Positions 39,330-49,152 of a stretch of DNA of 59,068 nt are shown one piece after another. Under the pieces are notes generated by a model. It searched no databases. It was not told the origin of the DNA and saw nothing but the letters and a program-made list of their open reading frames with translations. Source of the stretch: a virus (lineage: Duplodnaviria > Caudoviricetes); the IMG/VR virus record IMGVR_UViG_3300021168_000032, positions 1 through 59,068 of that record. The stretch is one strand, 5' to 3'. Made by a program: the position numbers and the translations under genes. How positions within the stretch are numbered: the first letter of the stretch is position 1; the number at the start of each line of letters is the position of its first letter.

Positions 39330-39511
39330 CAGTCAGTCTCCACCGCAGACTTCGCCTGCGGCGAAGTCTGAGAAACAGTCTTGTGGCAGAGCGACCACTG
39401 GTAGACTCTGGAAAGCTTGCTTTGCAAACCTTCCCTCAGGGAGTTACAGTTCCCAGAAACTGGCTAAGAGGCAGGAGCCTTAGCATCTCCGACAGGACAT
39501 TCGTCCAGAAA

Positions 39512-40297
39512 CTAACGTATACGCCTTTCCGCCGCCTGTTTATTCCGCGCATTCATCCAGTCATCAATCTTCATCTCAGCTCCCCTTTCCGGATCATCCG
39601 GCTTCGTCCCCGTCACTGGACTCGTTGACCCGAGCGGCCTGATCGGCTTAGGAGCCTTGCTTGGGGAAGATTGGCCTCCTTCAGAGGCCAACTTTCCCAC
39701 TTCCATTGCCATTTTCATCGGACTCATCCCCAGTATCCTCGAAGCCGCATTCAGATCCGACCCCAGCTTATGAATAATCGCCTCGGCATCACCTGTCTCC
39801 AGGGCAGCCTCCAAAAACAGATTATACTGCTGCAGACTTCTCGCATCCGTCTGATCCACCAGCTGAGTCAACCCACTCAGCCTCACTTGCCAATCCGGAT
39901 ACTTACTTGCACCCCTATTCGCAGCCTCATTGCACCTCGTATTGAAAGCCGTCTGATTTGCAACCAGACTAGCTCTCTCATTAATCATCTGATCAATCTG
40001 GGCAGGCGTGAACGCCTGTCCAGTTGCTGGATCAACCGTCTGTTGTCCTGCGGTTGCTCTCGCCTCATAGTCCCTAAGCCTCGCCGTCAGCTTGGCAACT
40101 CGATCCACTGCACTCTTCGGCCAGATCCCGGAAGGAGTGTGGGGGGAAGGAGTGGGAGAAGGAGGTGCCCCCTCTTCCTTCCCCCCTGGAGACTCGTCCG
40201 GCTTCGCCGTCCGAGTCTCCTCCGCCGTCTGAGAGCCAGGGGGAGTACCGGCATCATCCGAGGCGGTAACTACAACCTTATCATTCTCATCAGCCAT
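39512..40297 (-). CDS. scaffolding protein
   Basis: Upstream of coat; DRVAKLT, SKAPKPI.P, M..DDWM..RNKQ. Confidence 0.8.
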   Translation of the reverse strand: MADENDKVVVTASDDAGTPPGSQTAEETRTAKPDESPGGKEEGAPPSPTPSPHTPSGIWPKSAVDRVAKLTARLRDYEARATAGQQTVDPATGQAFTPAQIDQMINERASLVANQTAFNTRCNEAANRGASKYPDWQVRLSGLTQLVDQTDARSLQQYNLFLEAALETGDAEAIIHKLGSDLNAASRILGMSPMKMAMEVGKLASEGGQSSPSKAPKPIRPLGSTSPVTGTKPDDPERGAEMKIDDWMNARNKQAAERRIR

Positions 40298-40341
40298 TCA
40301 GTTTCTCCTTATGAGCCTTTCGGCTCTTCGAGCCGAAAGTC

Positions 40342-40746
40342 TCAATTTCGGCGTATCCCTGCTGCTTCCCAAGCATCTTCATGTCTCCCCATCTGCAGCG
40401 ATCTATCCAAAATCAGTGCCTCATGAATCTTCTCTCTCGACGCCTCATCAATCCCCGGTGCAGCAGCCGGATCAAGCATCCGGGCCAGCACAGTCCTCGC
40501 TGCCTCGACACCCTTTCCCCAATTATGTTCCAGATAAATCTGCTCCAACTCCTTAGCCGTCGCATCCGGAAACTGCCTCTTAAAGGAAGCCCAGTGCTCA
40601 TTATGATGCATCAGCGCATCATAACTCTCCATAATAATCCCCACCGCCGCATCCGCTATCATCGGATGCACATGCTTCAGCCTTCGATTGCGCTTCCTTG
40701 CTAACTTACCATAAACCGCCTTCGCAGCTTCATCTCTACTGTTCAT
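40342..40746 (-). CDS. hypothetical phage protein
   Basis: GGAGGAG RBS; AR..LA.ML...EKIHEALILD.SL. Confidence 0.7.
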   Translation of the reverse strand: MNSRDEAAKAVYGKLARKRNRRLKHVHPMIADAAVGIIMESYDALMHHNEHWASFKRQFPDATAKELEQIYLEHNWGKGVEAARTVLARMLDPAAAPGIDEASREKIHEALILDRSLQMGRHEDAWEAAGIRRN

Positions 40747-42697
40747 CGTTCTCTCCTCCTTCATCCGGAACAACCAGTGGCGTCACTCCTCCGGTACCTC
40801 TGGCTGCCAACAGATTTCTCGAACTTTTCCTAGCTGGATCAAATGCTGCGTGTGGATGTCTAACCTGATTAGCATGTCTCACAACCAGCTGATCCTGATG
40901 CCCACCAATATCACTAATTCCCTTTAACAACACTGCATCATGACCCTGAGCCCACATCTTCTTAATCACTTTCTGCATAGCTGTCGGACCATAACTAGTT
41001 CCACCAGCTTCCTTCTTCCAATCTATAACAATTGGGTTATCAGCCCTCACTACATGCGGATTAACATTCGTCCCATACATAGTAGCAATCTTCTTCCCCT
41101 CCTTACCCTGTGTCTCAGCCGGGGCTAAAAACAGTCCCGGTTCATTAGTCTTCGTGCTTGGATCTCTATAACCCATCTCAGCCGAGTCCCAAGAGAATGG
41201 CCCATGCTGTTTCACACCTCTCCAGAACAGCCAATTCTTATCAATCGGTGCAAATCCCTGCTCCTGCATCCTCTTCATCACCGAGGCATTATCCATCGGC
41301 AAATTCCCCGGATTAAATGGCTGCTGTACACCACTTGTCCCCGGTGCAGTCTCATGAGCCAAATTAGACGGAAACGGCACATTAGGATCATATGGCTTCA
41401 TAGTCGGAACAGTCAACGCTGGAATCTGCTGTCCAAATAAATCATTCAACTGGGTCTGCGTAGCGCTTCCACCACCAAACAACGCCTCCTCCGGCGTCAC
41501 CGGCACAGAAGAAACCGTCTTAACAGACGGTTTCTTCAAAGGTTTCGGAGCAGGAGCCACAGAAATTCCTGGAGCTGCTGTCTTAGGTGTCCATCCAGCA
41601 GCAGCCGCAGTCCCTGGCGATTGATTTGACATAACCCAATCATACCAAGATGCATCTGGACCCAGCGCTTTCATCTTCGTCACTACCGCTGGATCTAAAC
41701 TAGCTGCAGCAGGTGTCTTCAAAACATCCGTCAGCTTATCTGTAAACTTCGGCACACTAGGCGTAACCCCTGTCTTAGCAATTTCTGCATCATGCAAATT
41801 CAACGCTTGTTTCCACACCTCTATATTCGGAGTAGGATTTTGAACTCCAGCCAAAGATGCAGCATTTTCTGGAGAAAAAGATCCAGGAGCATAGCCCTTC
41901 TCTTTCAAAAATTTCACCGCCTCAGGACTCCACGGAGTAGTCTGTGGCTTCACAGGCTTCGGCCCAGGTACAAATGCCTGCGGCACCTCTTTTTTAGCCT
42001 CCTCCATCTTATGCATAGAAGTCGCCAGTGTAGAAATACCAACTCCCGGCGTCCCAGGAGGACTTGCCTTATTAAACTCAGCTGTCCACTCCGGTCCCTT
42101 ATTAATCATCTGCTGCACAACAGCTGCAGTCTCCGGCTTCAGTGGCGGCTTACTCTTTATCAGACTATCCAAATACTTGACCGCCTTCGGGTTCCACCCC
42201 GCCCCAACTCCAGTCTCACCTCCCGGTCCACCCATTATGCTCGCCAAATTAAGTCCTGCCCCTGCATATTCGGATGCTGGTGCTTGCGCACCAGTATCCG
42301 AAAACACAGGATAATGCCCCTCTCCATAGACTGGTCCCATTAGCTTATTTACATCTCCAATCACTCCAGCCCCAAATCTTCTTGCCTCCTCTCCCACCGC
42401 TGACCCAATCCTGGCAGGCATCGGATGCAGCGGATTAGCAGCATACTGCGCCCAATCCTCAGCATCACTTCCCGCAAACGTCTTCGCCAACATTCTAACA
42501 ACATTCGACCCCAGCTTCCCAACCATCGTATCCGGCTGAATTGCCGCATCCGTCGGTATGGATGAGGCTGCAGCTAATTTATCTGTATTCGGATCTGGCT
42601 GACTCTTTTGATACTCATTCACAACTGGAGAGGCAGGCGAAGCCTGCCTCCGAAATGGATCGTCCTCGACCGGAGTAAAGTCAAAGAGATCAAACAC
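40736..42697 (-). CDS. virion-associated protein with C-terminal ADP-ribosyltransferase-like (ART-PolyVal-type) domain
   Basis: MD.ASVMKRMQEQGF, FWRG, GLFLA, A.MYG.NV, NP.VID, GHDAV...I.D, NQVR...AAFDP.....NLLA. Confidence 0.55.
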   Translation of the reverse strand: MFDLFDFTPVEDDPFRRQASPASPVVNEYQKSQPDPNTDKLAAASSIPTDAAIQPDTMVGKLGSNVVRMLAKTFAGSDAEDWAQYAANPLHPMPARIGSAVGEEARRFGAGVIGDVNKLMGPVYGEGHYPVFSDTGAQAPASEYAGAGLNLASIMGGPGGETGVGAGWNPKAVKYLDSLIKSKPPLKPETAAVVQQMINKGPEWTAEFNKASPPGTPGVGISTLATSMHKMEEAKKEVPQAFVPGPKPVKPQTTPWSPEAVKFLKEKGYAPGSFSPENAASLAGVQNPTPNIEVWKQALNLHDAEIAKTGVTPSVPKFTDKLTDVLKTPAAASLDPAVVTKMKALGPDASWYDWVMSNQSPGTAAAAGWTPKTAAPGISVAPAPKPLKKPSVKTVSSVPVTPEEALFGGGSATQTQLNDLFGQQIPALTVPTMKPYDPNVPFPSNLAHETAPGTSGVQQPFNPGNLPMDNASVMKRMQEQGFAPIDKNWLFWRGVKQHGPFSWDSAEMGYRDPSTKTNEPGLFLAPAETQGKEGKKIATMYGTNVNPHVVRADNPIVIDWKKEAGGTSYGPTAMQKVIKKMWAQGHDAVLLKGISDIGGHQDQLVVRHANQVRHPHAAFDPARKSSRNLLAARGTGGVTPLVVPDEGGENDEQ

Positions 42698-44287
42698 TTA
42701 GTATCCGCCTCCTTGTCCGAACCTATGCACAGCCCACGGGTCATACCCTATATTCCTAAATTTCATCTGCGGAAACAAGCTCTTAATCAGCATATATCTC
42801 CACAGCTTTTGCATATCAGCCCCTCCGGCGACGGACGTAGCCGTCGCCGGAGCTTCTGTTGGAGTTGAAGTTGGAGCTGCCGCTGGAGCCGGCGCTTCTA
42901 CAGGCGGCGTGGCACCTGGCACAAAACCACCACCCTGACTGGAACTAGATCCAATAAAGCCAGTCTTTCTCTCCGGCACTTCTTGTTTCAACGGGCCTGG
43001 TACATTCTGCACCGTCTTTGGCTTAGGATTGTCCAGAGTATTATCTGGGTCAAATTTGTCTGGCGCACTAATACTCTTAACTGCAGGTCCCACAATTTTC
43101 CCATCTCCATCCGTCGCATAAATTCCATCCGGCCTCTGAATGTACGGTCCACCCTGCGGAGACATCTGTCCCGCCTTCGGCGCTTCTCCAAATCCAGGTG
43201 CAGTCGAACTAGTCGGAGGCGGCTGTATCGCCCCAGCAATCCTATACGGCTTAAACGGCTGTTCAGCCTGCGTAAACATACTCGGCCCTCCAAACATAGG
43301 ACCAACAGTCGGAAAATTCTTAGTCGGCGGCGCACTACTTGGCTGACCCATAGTATTTTTACCAAAATTCTTCATCCATTCTTCATGTTTCTGCAAAAAA
43401 TGAGGATCGTTAATATCAGGTGGCTTTGGCGTCATCTGTGATACCGGTCCACCAGCTGGAGCCCCACCAGGAGCCAACGGTCTTCCCGAAATAGCCTGAA
43501 CATAATCCAGCGTCTCTTTCGGTATTGGCCCCTTCAACCCTCTCCCAGTCTTCAAATAACTATCCACATTCCCTGGCCCCCAATTATACGCAGCCAGCGC
43601 CAGCTGGTCATTCCCATTATACCTCTGCCTCATCTTAGCATAATAACGAGCAGCCCCATTAATACTTGATCTCGGATCATTGACATCTACCCCCTCATCT
43701 TTCGCCGTCGCATCCATAAACTGCCCCATTCCCTTCGCTCCAGCCGGGCTTATCGCTTTCGGGTCAAACTGACTTTCCCTATAAATCAGCCTCGTCAGCG
43801 TCCCAGGATCAACATTATACTGACTAGCCGCCGAATTAACCATATCCCTATATGGCGCTGCCGCTGCTGCAATACTCACCCCAGCCGGAGCCCTCCCAGG
43901 TCCCGCCCCTGCACCAGCCACGGGGACAAGCCCCGTGGCTGGTGCAGATGGCGCAATTAAATCACTCATCCCCTTCATCTGCAACAGCCCCTGCAACGAA
44001 TTCATATTCATCCCCGTCGAGTCAGGCTCCTCCTGACTCGGCTGCAATTGATTAGGACTTTCTCCTCCTCCCCTCGGACCCGGAATATTAGGCACATTAA
44101 TCGGCCTCGGCTGTGCAATCTGCTGTGGCTGTATCCCTTGCGTATGAATAGCCGGAACACTCGCCTCAGGCGCAGCCCCAACCCTCGCATAAGCCAGCGG
44201 GTCTCCCATAGGCATCAGCGGATTTTGCGCCAGCCCATAATTAGTATTACTAGTCCCACCCTGATAGTCCTCGTCTTCATACGCCAT
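42698..44287 (-). CDS. lytic transglycosylase (SLT) domain protein
   Basis: RESQFDPKAISPAGAKGMGQFM, ALAAYNWGPGNV, ETLDYV; Pro-rich flanks. Confidence 0.9.
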   Translation of the reverse strand: MAYEDEDYQGGTSNTNYGLAQNPLMPMGDPLAYARVGAAPEASVPAIHTQGIQPQQIAQPRPINVPNIPGPRGGGESPNQLQPSQEEPDSTGMNMNSLQGLLQMKGMSDLIAPSAPATGLVPVAGAGAGPGRAPAGVSIAAAAAPYRDMVNSAASQYNVDPGTLTRLIYRESQFDPKAISPAGAKGMGQFMDATAKDEGVDVNDPRSSINGAARYYAKMRQRYNGNDQLALAAYNWGPGNVDSYLKTGRGLKGPIPKETLDYVQAISGRPLAPGGAPAGGPVSQMTPKPPDINDPHFLQKHEEWMKNFGKNTMGQPSSAPPTKNFPTVGPMFGGPSMFTQAEQPFKPYRIAGAIQPPPTSSTAPGFGEAPKAGQMSPQGGPYIQRPDGIYATDGDGKIVGPAVKSISAPDKFDPDNTLDNPKPKTVQNVPGPLKQEVPERKTGFIGSSSSQGGGFVPGATPPVEAPAPAAAPTSTPTEAPATATSVAGGADMQKLWRYMLIKSLFPQMKFRNIGYDPWAVHRFGQGGGY

Positions 44288-44313
44288 CTCAGCCTCAAAA
44301 AGCTAGCGCTTCA

Positions 44314-45321
44314 TTACGGATTTATTCCAGCATTCTCTATAACATTATTCCTTAATGTATTATTAAATGGGCTACTCCCCTGCGCATACTTTGTGGCATT
44401 CTTCCTATCAATGGCAGCCTGGCGTGGATCACCTCCAAGGCCCTCAAATTGATCAATCAGCGGCCCTTGCATCCCCGTCAGTCCAGTATTAGGATTATTA
44501 AGCGCATTATACACACCAGGATACCCTCCCCCCATAATTTCACTCGCGGCAAACGCTGCCTGCATCTCAGGAGACATATTCCCAGCTGTCAAATTCTGCA
44601 TATTTACCAAACGACCATTCATCCATTGGTTCATCCCAGTGGCACCCGAACCCGCCTGGTTAACGGCATAAGGATTACCGCCACTCTCCGCCCCTGCGAC
44701 GGTCGACGCCGCGAATCCAGCATTGGGATTTTTGAACCCGCCAAAGTTCTGAAAAGCATTGGCATAACGATTAAGATTCGCCGCGGCTAAAGCCGGAGGT
44801 ATATTAGGACTTCCACTAGCTATATTCGCTGCAACGCCTTGCGGGTCCCAGCTACCTCCAGATTGACCCTGCATAAGCGCATTCCTGCCAGCAGTCCCAC
44901 CAGACACCCAATCCGATCCAATCCCTCCAGACGACTTATCCTTGCTCAATCCAGCGGCAACAAAAGTATCATTCAGCATATTCACAGTAGCTGGATCATA
45001 CCCACCATTCTGATACCCTTGTCCAGCCCATCCCGGAAATGAGTCATACGGCTCCATAGGAGCCAATGGCGGCCCCGAATAAGCTGACTGCGCCTGGTTC
45101 GACACAGGCCCAAACGGGTCATACGGCTCCATAGGCTGATTAGAATCAGTCGGCAACGGAGCCGCCGCCTGAGTCGGCATCGAAGGATTAGGCGTCGCTG
45201 CCGGAGCTGCCTGAACAGGAACTGCAGTCGGCTTCGGTGGTGCCGCCGCAGCCTTTTGCGCAGCAAGATCCGCATCGAGCATACGCCCGACATTCTGCAT
45301 TATTTGAACGCTGGTAGGCAT
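44314..45321 (-). CDS. phage tail lysozyme-like domain protein
   Basis: AESGGNPYAVN..SGATGMNQW..GR, Q.AF...E. Confidence 0.7.
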   Translation of the reverse strand: MPTSVQIMQNVGRMLDADLAAQKAAAAPPKPTAVPVQAAPAATPNPSMPTQAAAPLPTDSNQPMEPYDPFGPVSNQAQSAYSGPPLAPMEPYDSFPGWAGQGYQNGGYDPATVNMLNDTFVAAGLSKDKSSGGIGSDWVSGGTAGRNALMQGQSGGSWDPQGVAANIASGSPNIPPALAAANLNRYANAFQNFGGFKNPNAGFAASTVAGAESGGNPYAVNQAGSGATGMNQWMNGRLVNMQNLTAGNMSPEMQAAFAASEIMGGGYPGVYNALNNPNTGLTGMQGPLIDQFEGLGGDPRQAAIDRKNATKYAQGSSPFNNTLRNNVIENAGINP

Positions 45322-47663
45322 CACATAGCCCCGCTTCGTGGAGCTATATGCAAATACTGCCCAGCCCCAGTTGGGTCTTTCACATACCACTCCCCATCCG
45401 GTGCCTGCCTCGCCCCCGGGACTCGAGACGGATGATCTTCAGGCACGCTTGGAGGCGGGCTTCGCCCGCCTCCGGAATTAGGTTGGGCGTCACCTGCCTC
45501 TGGCGCCTCCTGACCCAATCCAGGCTTATTCGCCTCAATAATCGGTGCCAGCTGAGTATCCAGCGCATCCTGCACCAGCTGGGTAATCAAGGCCTTAAAC
45601 TCCTCCGGAGCCATCGGAGCCAGCACCTTCATCCTATCCGTCTCAGCCTTATACGCATCAATATCCCGCATCTCATCCTTACCAACCAGCTTCAGCTGAT
45701 CCTTGCCCAGCTTATGCAGACTCTCCTCCAAAGCCTTCTGCAGCGCCTGAATAACCTGCTGTTGCTGAGTCTCAGTCGGCGTCGGTCCCTTACCCAGCGC
45801 TTGCGGCGGCACCATCCTCTTCAGTCTCTGAGCCGCTTCTTGCGCCTCATCAAAATCCAAACTCTTCAGCAGCAGATCGCCAATCGTCCCCGTCAAATTC
45901 GGCGCTTGCGTCAAAATCAGTGTCAGCGCATCCCTACTCTGATCCCTCTTCGTCCCATACTCCGGCCCAACCGTAGCCGCCACATCGTATTTTCCCACTG
46001 CCGGATTGAAAATCCTCCGTGCAACCTCCCCCCTATGATCCATCTCTTGAAAGTAAGCCATCCGTGATCCCGGATCAATCTCGACATCTTTCTCAACCCC
46101 ATCTTCTGCCACCACCTTAAGTACTCTTGCAGTGTCATAGACCTTCGGAATAATATCAATAAGTATCCGTCCGAGACTCTGCAAGGACGCTTCGTAATTA
46201 TCCTGAAAATGATACGTGGAAGTATCACTCTGATCCTGCCTCTGCTTAATAGCCTCCCCAGTCCGCTCATTGCCCTGCATCCCCATCTGGTTCTGCCATT
46301 GGCCGCTCGACATCATCAGCCAGTTGAAAGCCCGATCCATCATATCAGCATAAGCTGGACTCGTGGTCGGCGGCTGTACCCTCTGAGGCAGCGCTTGAGG
46401 CGGAATATCATCTCCCTCCGAGTCCTTATGCCTAAACGGCAACCAGGCCGAGTTAGTCGTATTAGCCCTCTCCCAGTAATTCTCCAGTCCAGCAAACGCA
46501 TCCACAGATCCTGTCCACGGAGTCTTGCCCTGCATCGCAATATGTTCAACCTGGGAAGACGCATTATAATTAAACATCCTCTGCGCATCCTTCATGGACC
46601 GCGTATGCCCCTTCCTATCCAGCCTCCCCCGAAAAGCAAACTCCTCCCCCTTCACTGGCACAAACGGTATTCTCTGCCCAATCCACAACTGATAAGGATT
46701 ACCCTCATCATCCTCCGGGTCATCCTCCTCGCCTACAGCCCTATTTCCCACGATAAAATATCTTCTCACCTCCGGGGACACAATCGTCCTCGTCTTGGTC
46801 AACGGATCATCCAGAACAGTCTCATGCCCTTTCATCTTCTCCAGCTGACTCTTCTTCATCTGGGACCGCTTCCCATTCGGCCCCACAAAACTCACCAGCT
46901 GATCCTCTTTCGAAACCTTAACAAAATACTCCATCACAATGCATCTATCATCATGCTCCAGCTCTTCCGGCCCAACCTGCAACGGAGACCTCTCCCACGG
47001 CCCTTGCCCTGGATAAAGATCATCCAGCTCCTCTGGCAGCATCCTATCAAACGCAAACAGAAACTTCGCGTCCGAACAATCCGCCATCTTACAGTCCGGA
47101 TCGACATAAACAGTCAGCGGATCTAACACTGGCCTCAGGAAGACTTCTTGATCGAAGGTGTCGTCGCCAGCGTAATCCGTGGCAACTCTGATCCAGCCAA
47201 TTCCACCGTCAATTTGCCATTTTCTCGCTGGAGCGTATACCGACGCCTGAGCCTGGCTTTGGTATTCAATTCTTCTGATGAGGTCTCGAAAAACGGAAGC
47301 ACTCTCAGCAGTAGCTCCATTTCCCACCCCGACAACTCGAACGGATGACTTGTTTCTTCTGAGTCCATTGCCAATCTGCAAATTATGTTGTCTGACCACA
47401 TTAATAGTGAGACACGGCTTCGCCGCCGTATCTCTAGCAGCCCTTAATGTGTCCGGCCACTGCCAGCCATTATCACTATCCGCATTCGCAAACTGCACAT
47501 CGGCGATGAACCTCCGCCGAAAATCACTCTCCCATTCTTGACAGCGATCCCACCTATCCCGTGCTTGATCCAGCACCACATTCCCAGTCAGCGCACTTCG
47601 AAGAGGTTGGGACAAGCCCAACCTCTTCGAAGAAGCATGAGAAACTGTGCTAGCCAAACTCAT
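45321..47663 (-). CDS. portal protein (P22-like)
   Basis: QWP...R......PCLTIN, KDAQRMFNY, GKYDV....GP.YGTKR. Confidence 0.9.
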   Translation of the reverse strand: MSLASTVSHASSKRLGLSQPLRSALTGNVVLDQARDRWDRCQEWESDFRRRFIADVQFANADSDNGWQWPDTLRAARDTAAKPCLTINVVRQHNLQIGNGLRRNKSSVRVVGVGNGATAESASVFRDLIRRIEYQSQAQASVYAPARKWQIDGGIGWIRVATDYAGDDTFDQEVFLRPVLDPLTVYVDPDCKMADCSDAKFLFAFDRMLPEELDDLYPGQGPWERSPLQVGPEELEHDDRCIVMEYFVKVSKEDQLVSFVGPNGKRSQMKKSQLEKMKGHETVLDDPLTKTRTIVSPEVRRYFIVGNRAVGEEDDPEDDEGNPYQLWIGQRIPFVPVKGEEFAFRGRLDRKGHTRSMKDAQRMFNYNASSQVEHIAMQGKTPWTGSVDAFAGLENYWERANTTNSAWLPFRHKDSEGDDIPPQALPQRVQPPTTSPAYADMMDRAFNWLMMSSGQWQNQMGMQGNERTGEAIKQRQDQSDTSTYHFQDNYEASLQSLGRILIDIIPKVYDTARVLKVVAEDGVEKDVEIDPGSRMAYFQEMDHRGEVARRIFNPAVGKYDVAATVGPEYGTKRDQSRDALTLILTQAPNLTGTIGDLLLKSLDFDEAQEAAQRLKRMVPPQALGKGPTPTETQQQQVIQALQKALEESLHKLGKDQLKLVGKDEMRDIDAYKAETDRMKVLAPMAPEEFKALITQLVQDALDTQLAPIIEANKPGLGQEAPEAGDAQPNSGGGRSPPPSVPEDHPSRVPGARQAPDGEWYVKDPTGAGQYLHIAPRSGAM

Positions 47664-47709
47664 CGCTCACACCCTCCTGAAGTTTGAGCAAGCTTGTCTT
47701 GCTCAAACT

Positions 47710-49152
47710 TCATAATCCCATCCACCCCAAGTTAGGAGCTAAATCTCTCCACTTATTAACTACTGCATTCCCTAACCTTCGTCCAATATCCTGCTCCTCG
47801 CCCCTATCAAAGTACGGATCTTTAATCGTCACCGCCATATACCTCAGCGCATCAGCCGCATGACTCGCCCAATCATGCACTGGATCTTTCCCCAACTGCC
47901 CAGGCCTATTGTCCCGTGCCTCCTCCTCAATCTTAAATCTATAATGCCTCAGCGCATTCAGCCCATCCTCGCACTTATCCTCGTCAAACCACATATTCGG
48001 AAACAGCATTCTCACCATATTGCGCCCATCCACTGGAGCAATAGATCTCGCAATCCTGACTCTCTTAGGATAAACGGCCGCAATCTGCTCCTTTATGGTT
48101 TTCCGCATCCCAAGCTTTTTATGTTCCGCGTCGAACGGCAATACATGCAGCCCATAGACATAGTGTCTATTCTGCAGAACATCCATAAAGTGCTCCACAT
48201 CCTCCCCGGTAGCCTCGTAATAATCAAGTATGCGAATCTGCATTGCCACTTGTTGCACAAACCAGATTGATGTGCAATCCCTCTTCCCCAAATCCCAGTA
48301 TGTATCCACAGGGACAGTTCGTTCCCACGGAACGGTTGCAATCCTCCCCTCTTCCGCAGCTTTCCGCAATTCTTTGGCATAAACCACCCCCTCCAGAATC
48401 TGCAAACAATGCCCTTCCCAAACATTCAAATAATAGTCATAATCCCTTTCCTTATCCGCCTGCATATCCTTCTTCAGCACCTCAGGAAACCAGGGATTAT
48501 CCCTATAAGTCATCTTACAAACAAACGCGGACTCATTCTCCAACATAATACTGGCCCCAAGCGGTTCGGTGAACCTCCTAGGCCCAACCGGACTAAGACT
48601 TGCATCCTTCACAAACCTCTGATAAGTGTAATCTGTCTCCAGCTCAGGATTGAAAGTGAGCCAAATCTCCGATCCCTCATTCCTTATGGTCGGTATGAGT
48701 ACTCCCCAAGAGTTCTTCCTGACCTTCACCGCCTCCTCAACCCAACAAATATCTATGCCCTCATAGCTCTTTATTCGATTAACATTATTCCTAATCCCTT
48801 CAAAATTAAATTCAGTCCCATTCGCCCCATAGATCTTCGTTTTCTGCACATCATAGAAATTGCCCCACCCCAGCGCCTCAATCTGGTCCTTAAGCACCTT
48901 ATAAACGGAGTCATCAATCGAGTTCTGATACTCCCTAACGCACAAAATCCTAGTCGCCTTCTCTCTCCCAATCACCAGCAGTGCCCTAGCACACCCCCAA
49001 GACCTCCCTGCACCTCTCCCACCCCACAGAACCTTAAACCTTTTTTTCTGAAACAAACACTGCAATGGACCAGGAAACGCCAGATTTGGCCCTGAGCGAG
49101 CCTTTGGCCGGCTTACAGTTATTGACCCACCATTGGACGACCCACCAATCAC
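47710..49152 (-). CDS. terL: terminase large subunit (PBSX/Terminase_3-type)
   Basis: GGRGAGRSW, CVRE.Q.SI, WVEEA, TFNP, WDLG..D, HDWASHAADALRY. Confidence 0.93.
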   Translation of the reverse strand: MIGGSSNGGSITVSRPKARSGPNLAFPGPLQCLFQKKRFKVLWGGRGAGRSWGCARALLVIGREKATRILCVREYQNSIDDSVYKVLKDQIEALGWGNFYDVQKTKIYGANGTEFNFEGIRNNVNRIKSYEGIDICWVEEAVKVRKNSWGVLIPTIRNEGSEIWLTFNPELETDYTYQRFVKDASLSPVGPRRFTEPLGASIMLENESAFVCKMTYRDNPWFPEVLKKDMQADKERDYDYYLNVWEGHCLQILEGVVYAKELRKAAEEGRIATVPWERTVPVDTYWDLGKRDCTSIWFVQQVAMQIRILDYYEATGEDVEHFMDVLQNRHYVYGLHVLPFDAEHKKLGMRKTIKEQIAAVYPKRVRIARSIAPVDGRNMVRMLFPNMWFDEDKCEDGLNALRHYRFKIEEEARDNRPGQLGKDPVHDWASHAADALRYMAVTIKDPYFDRGEEQDIGRRLGNAVVNKWRDLAPNLGWMGL

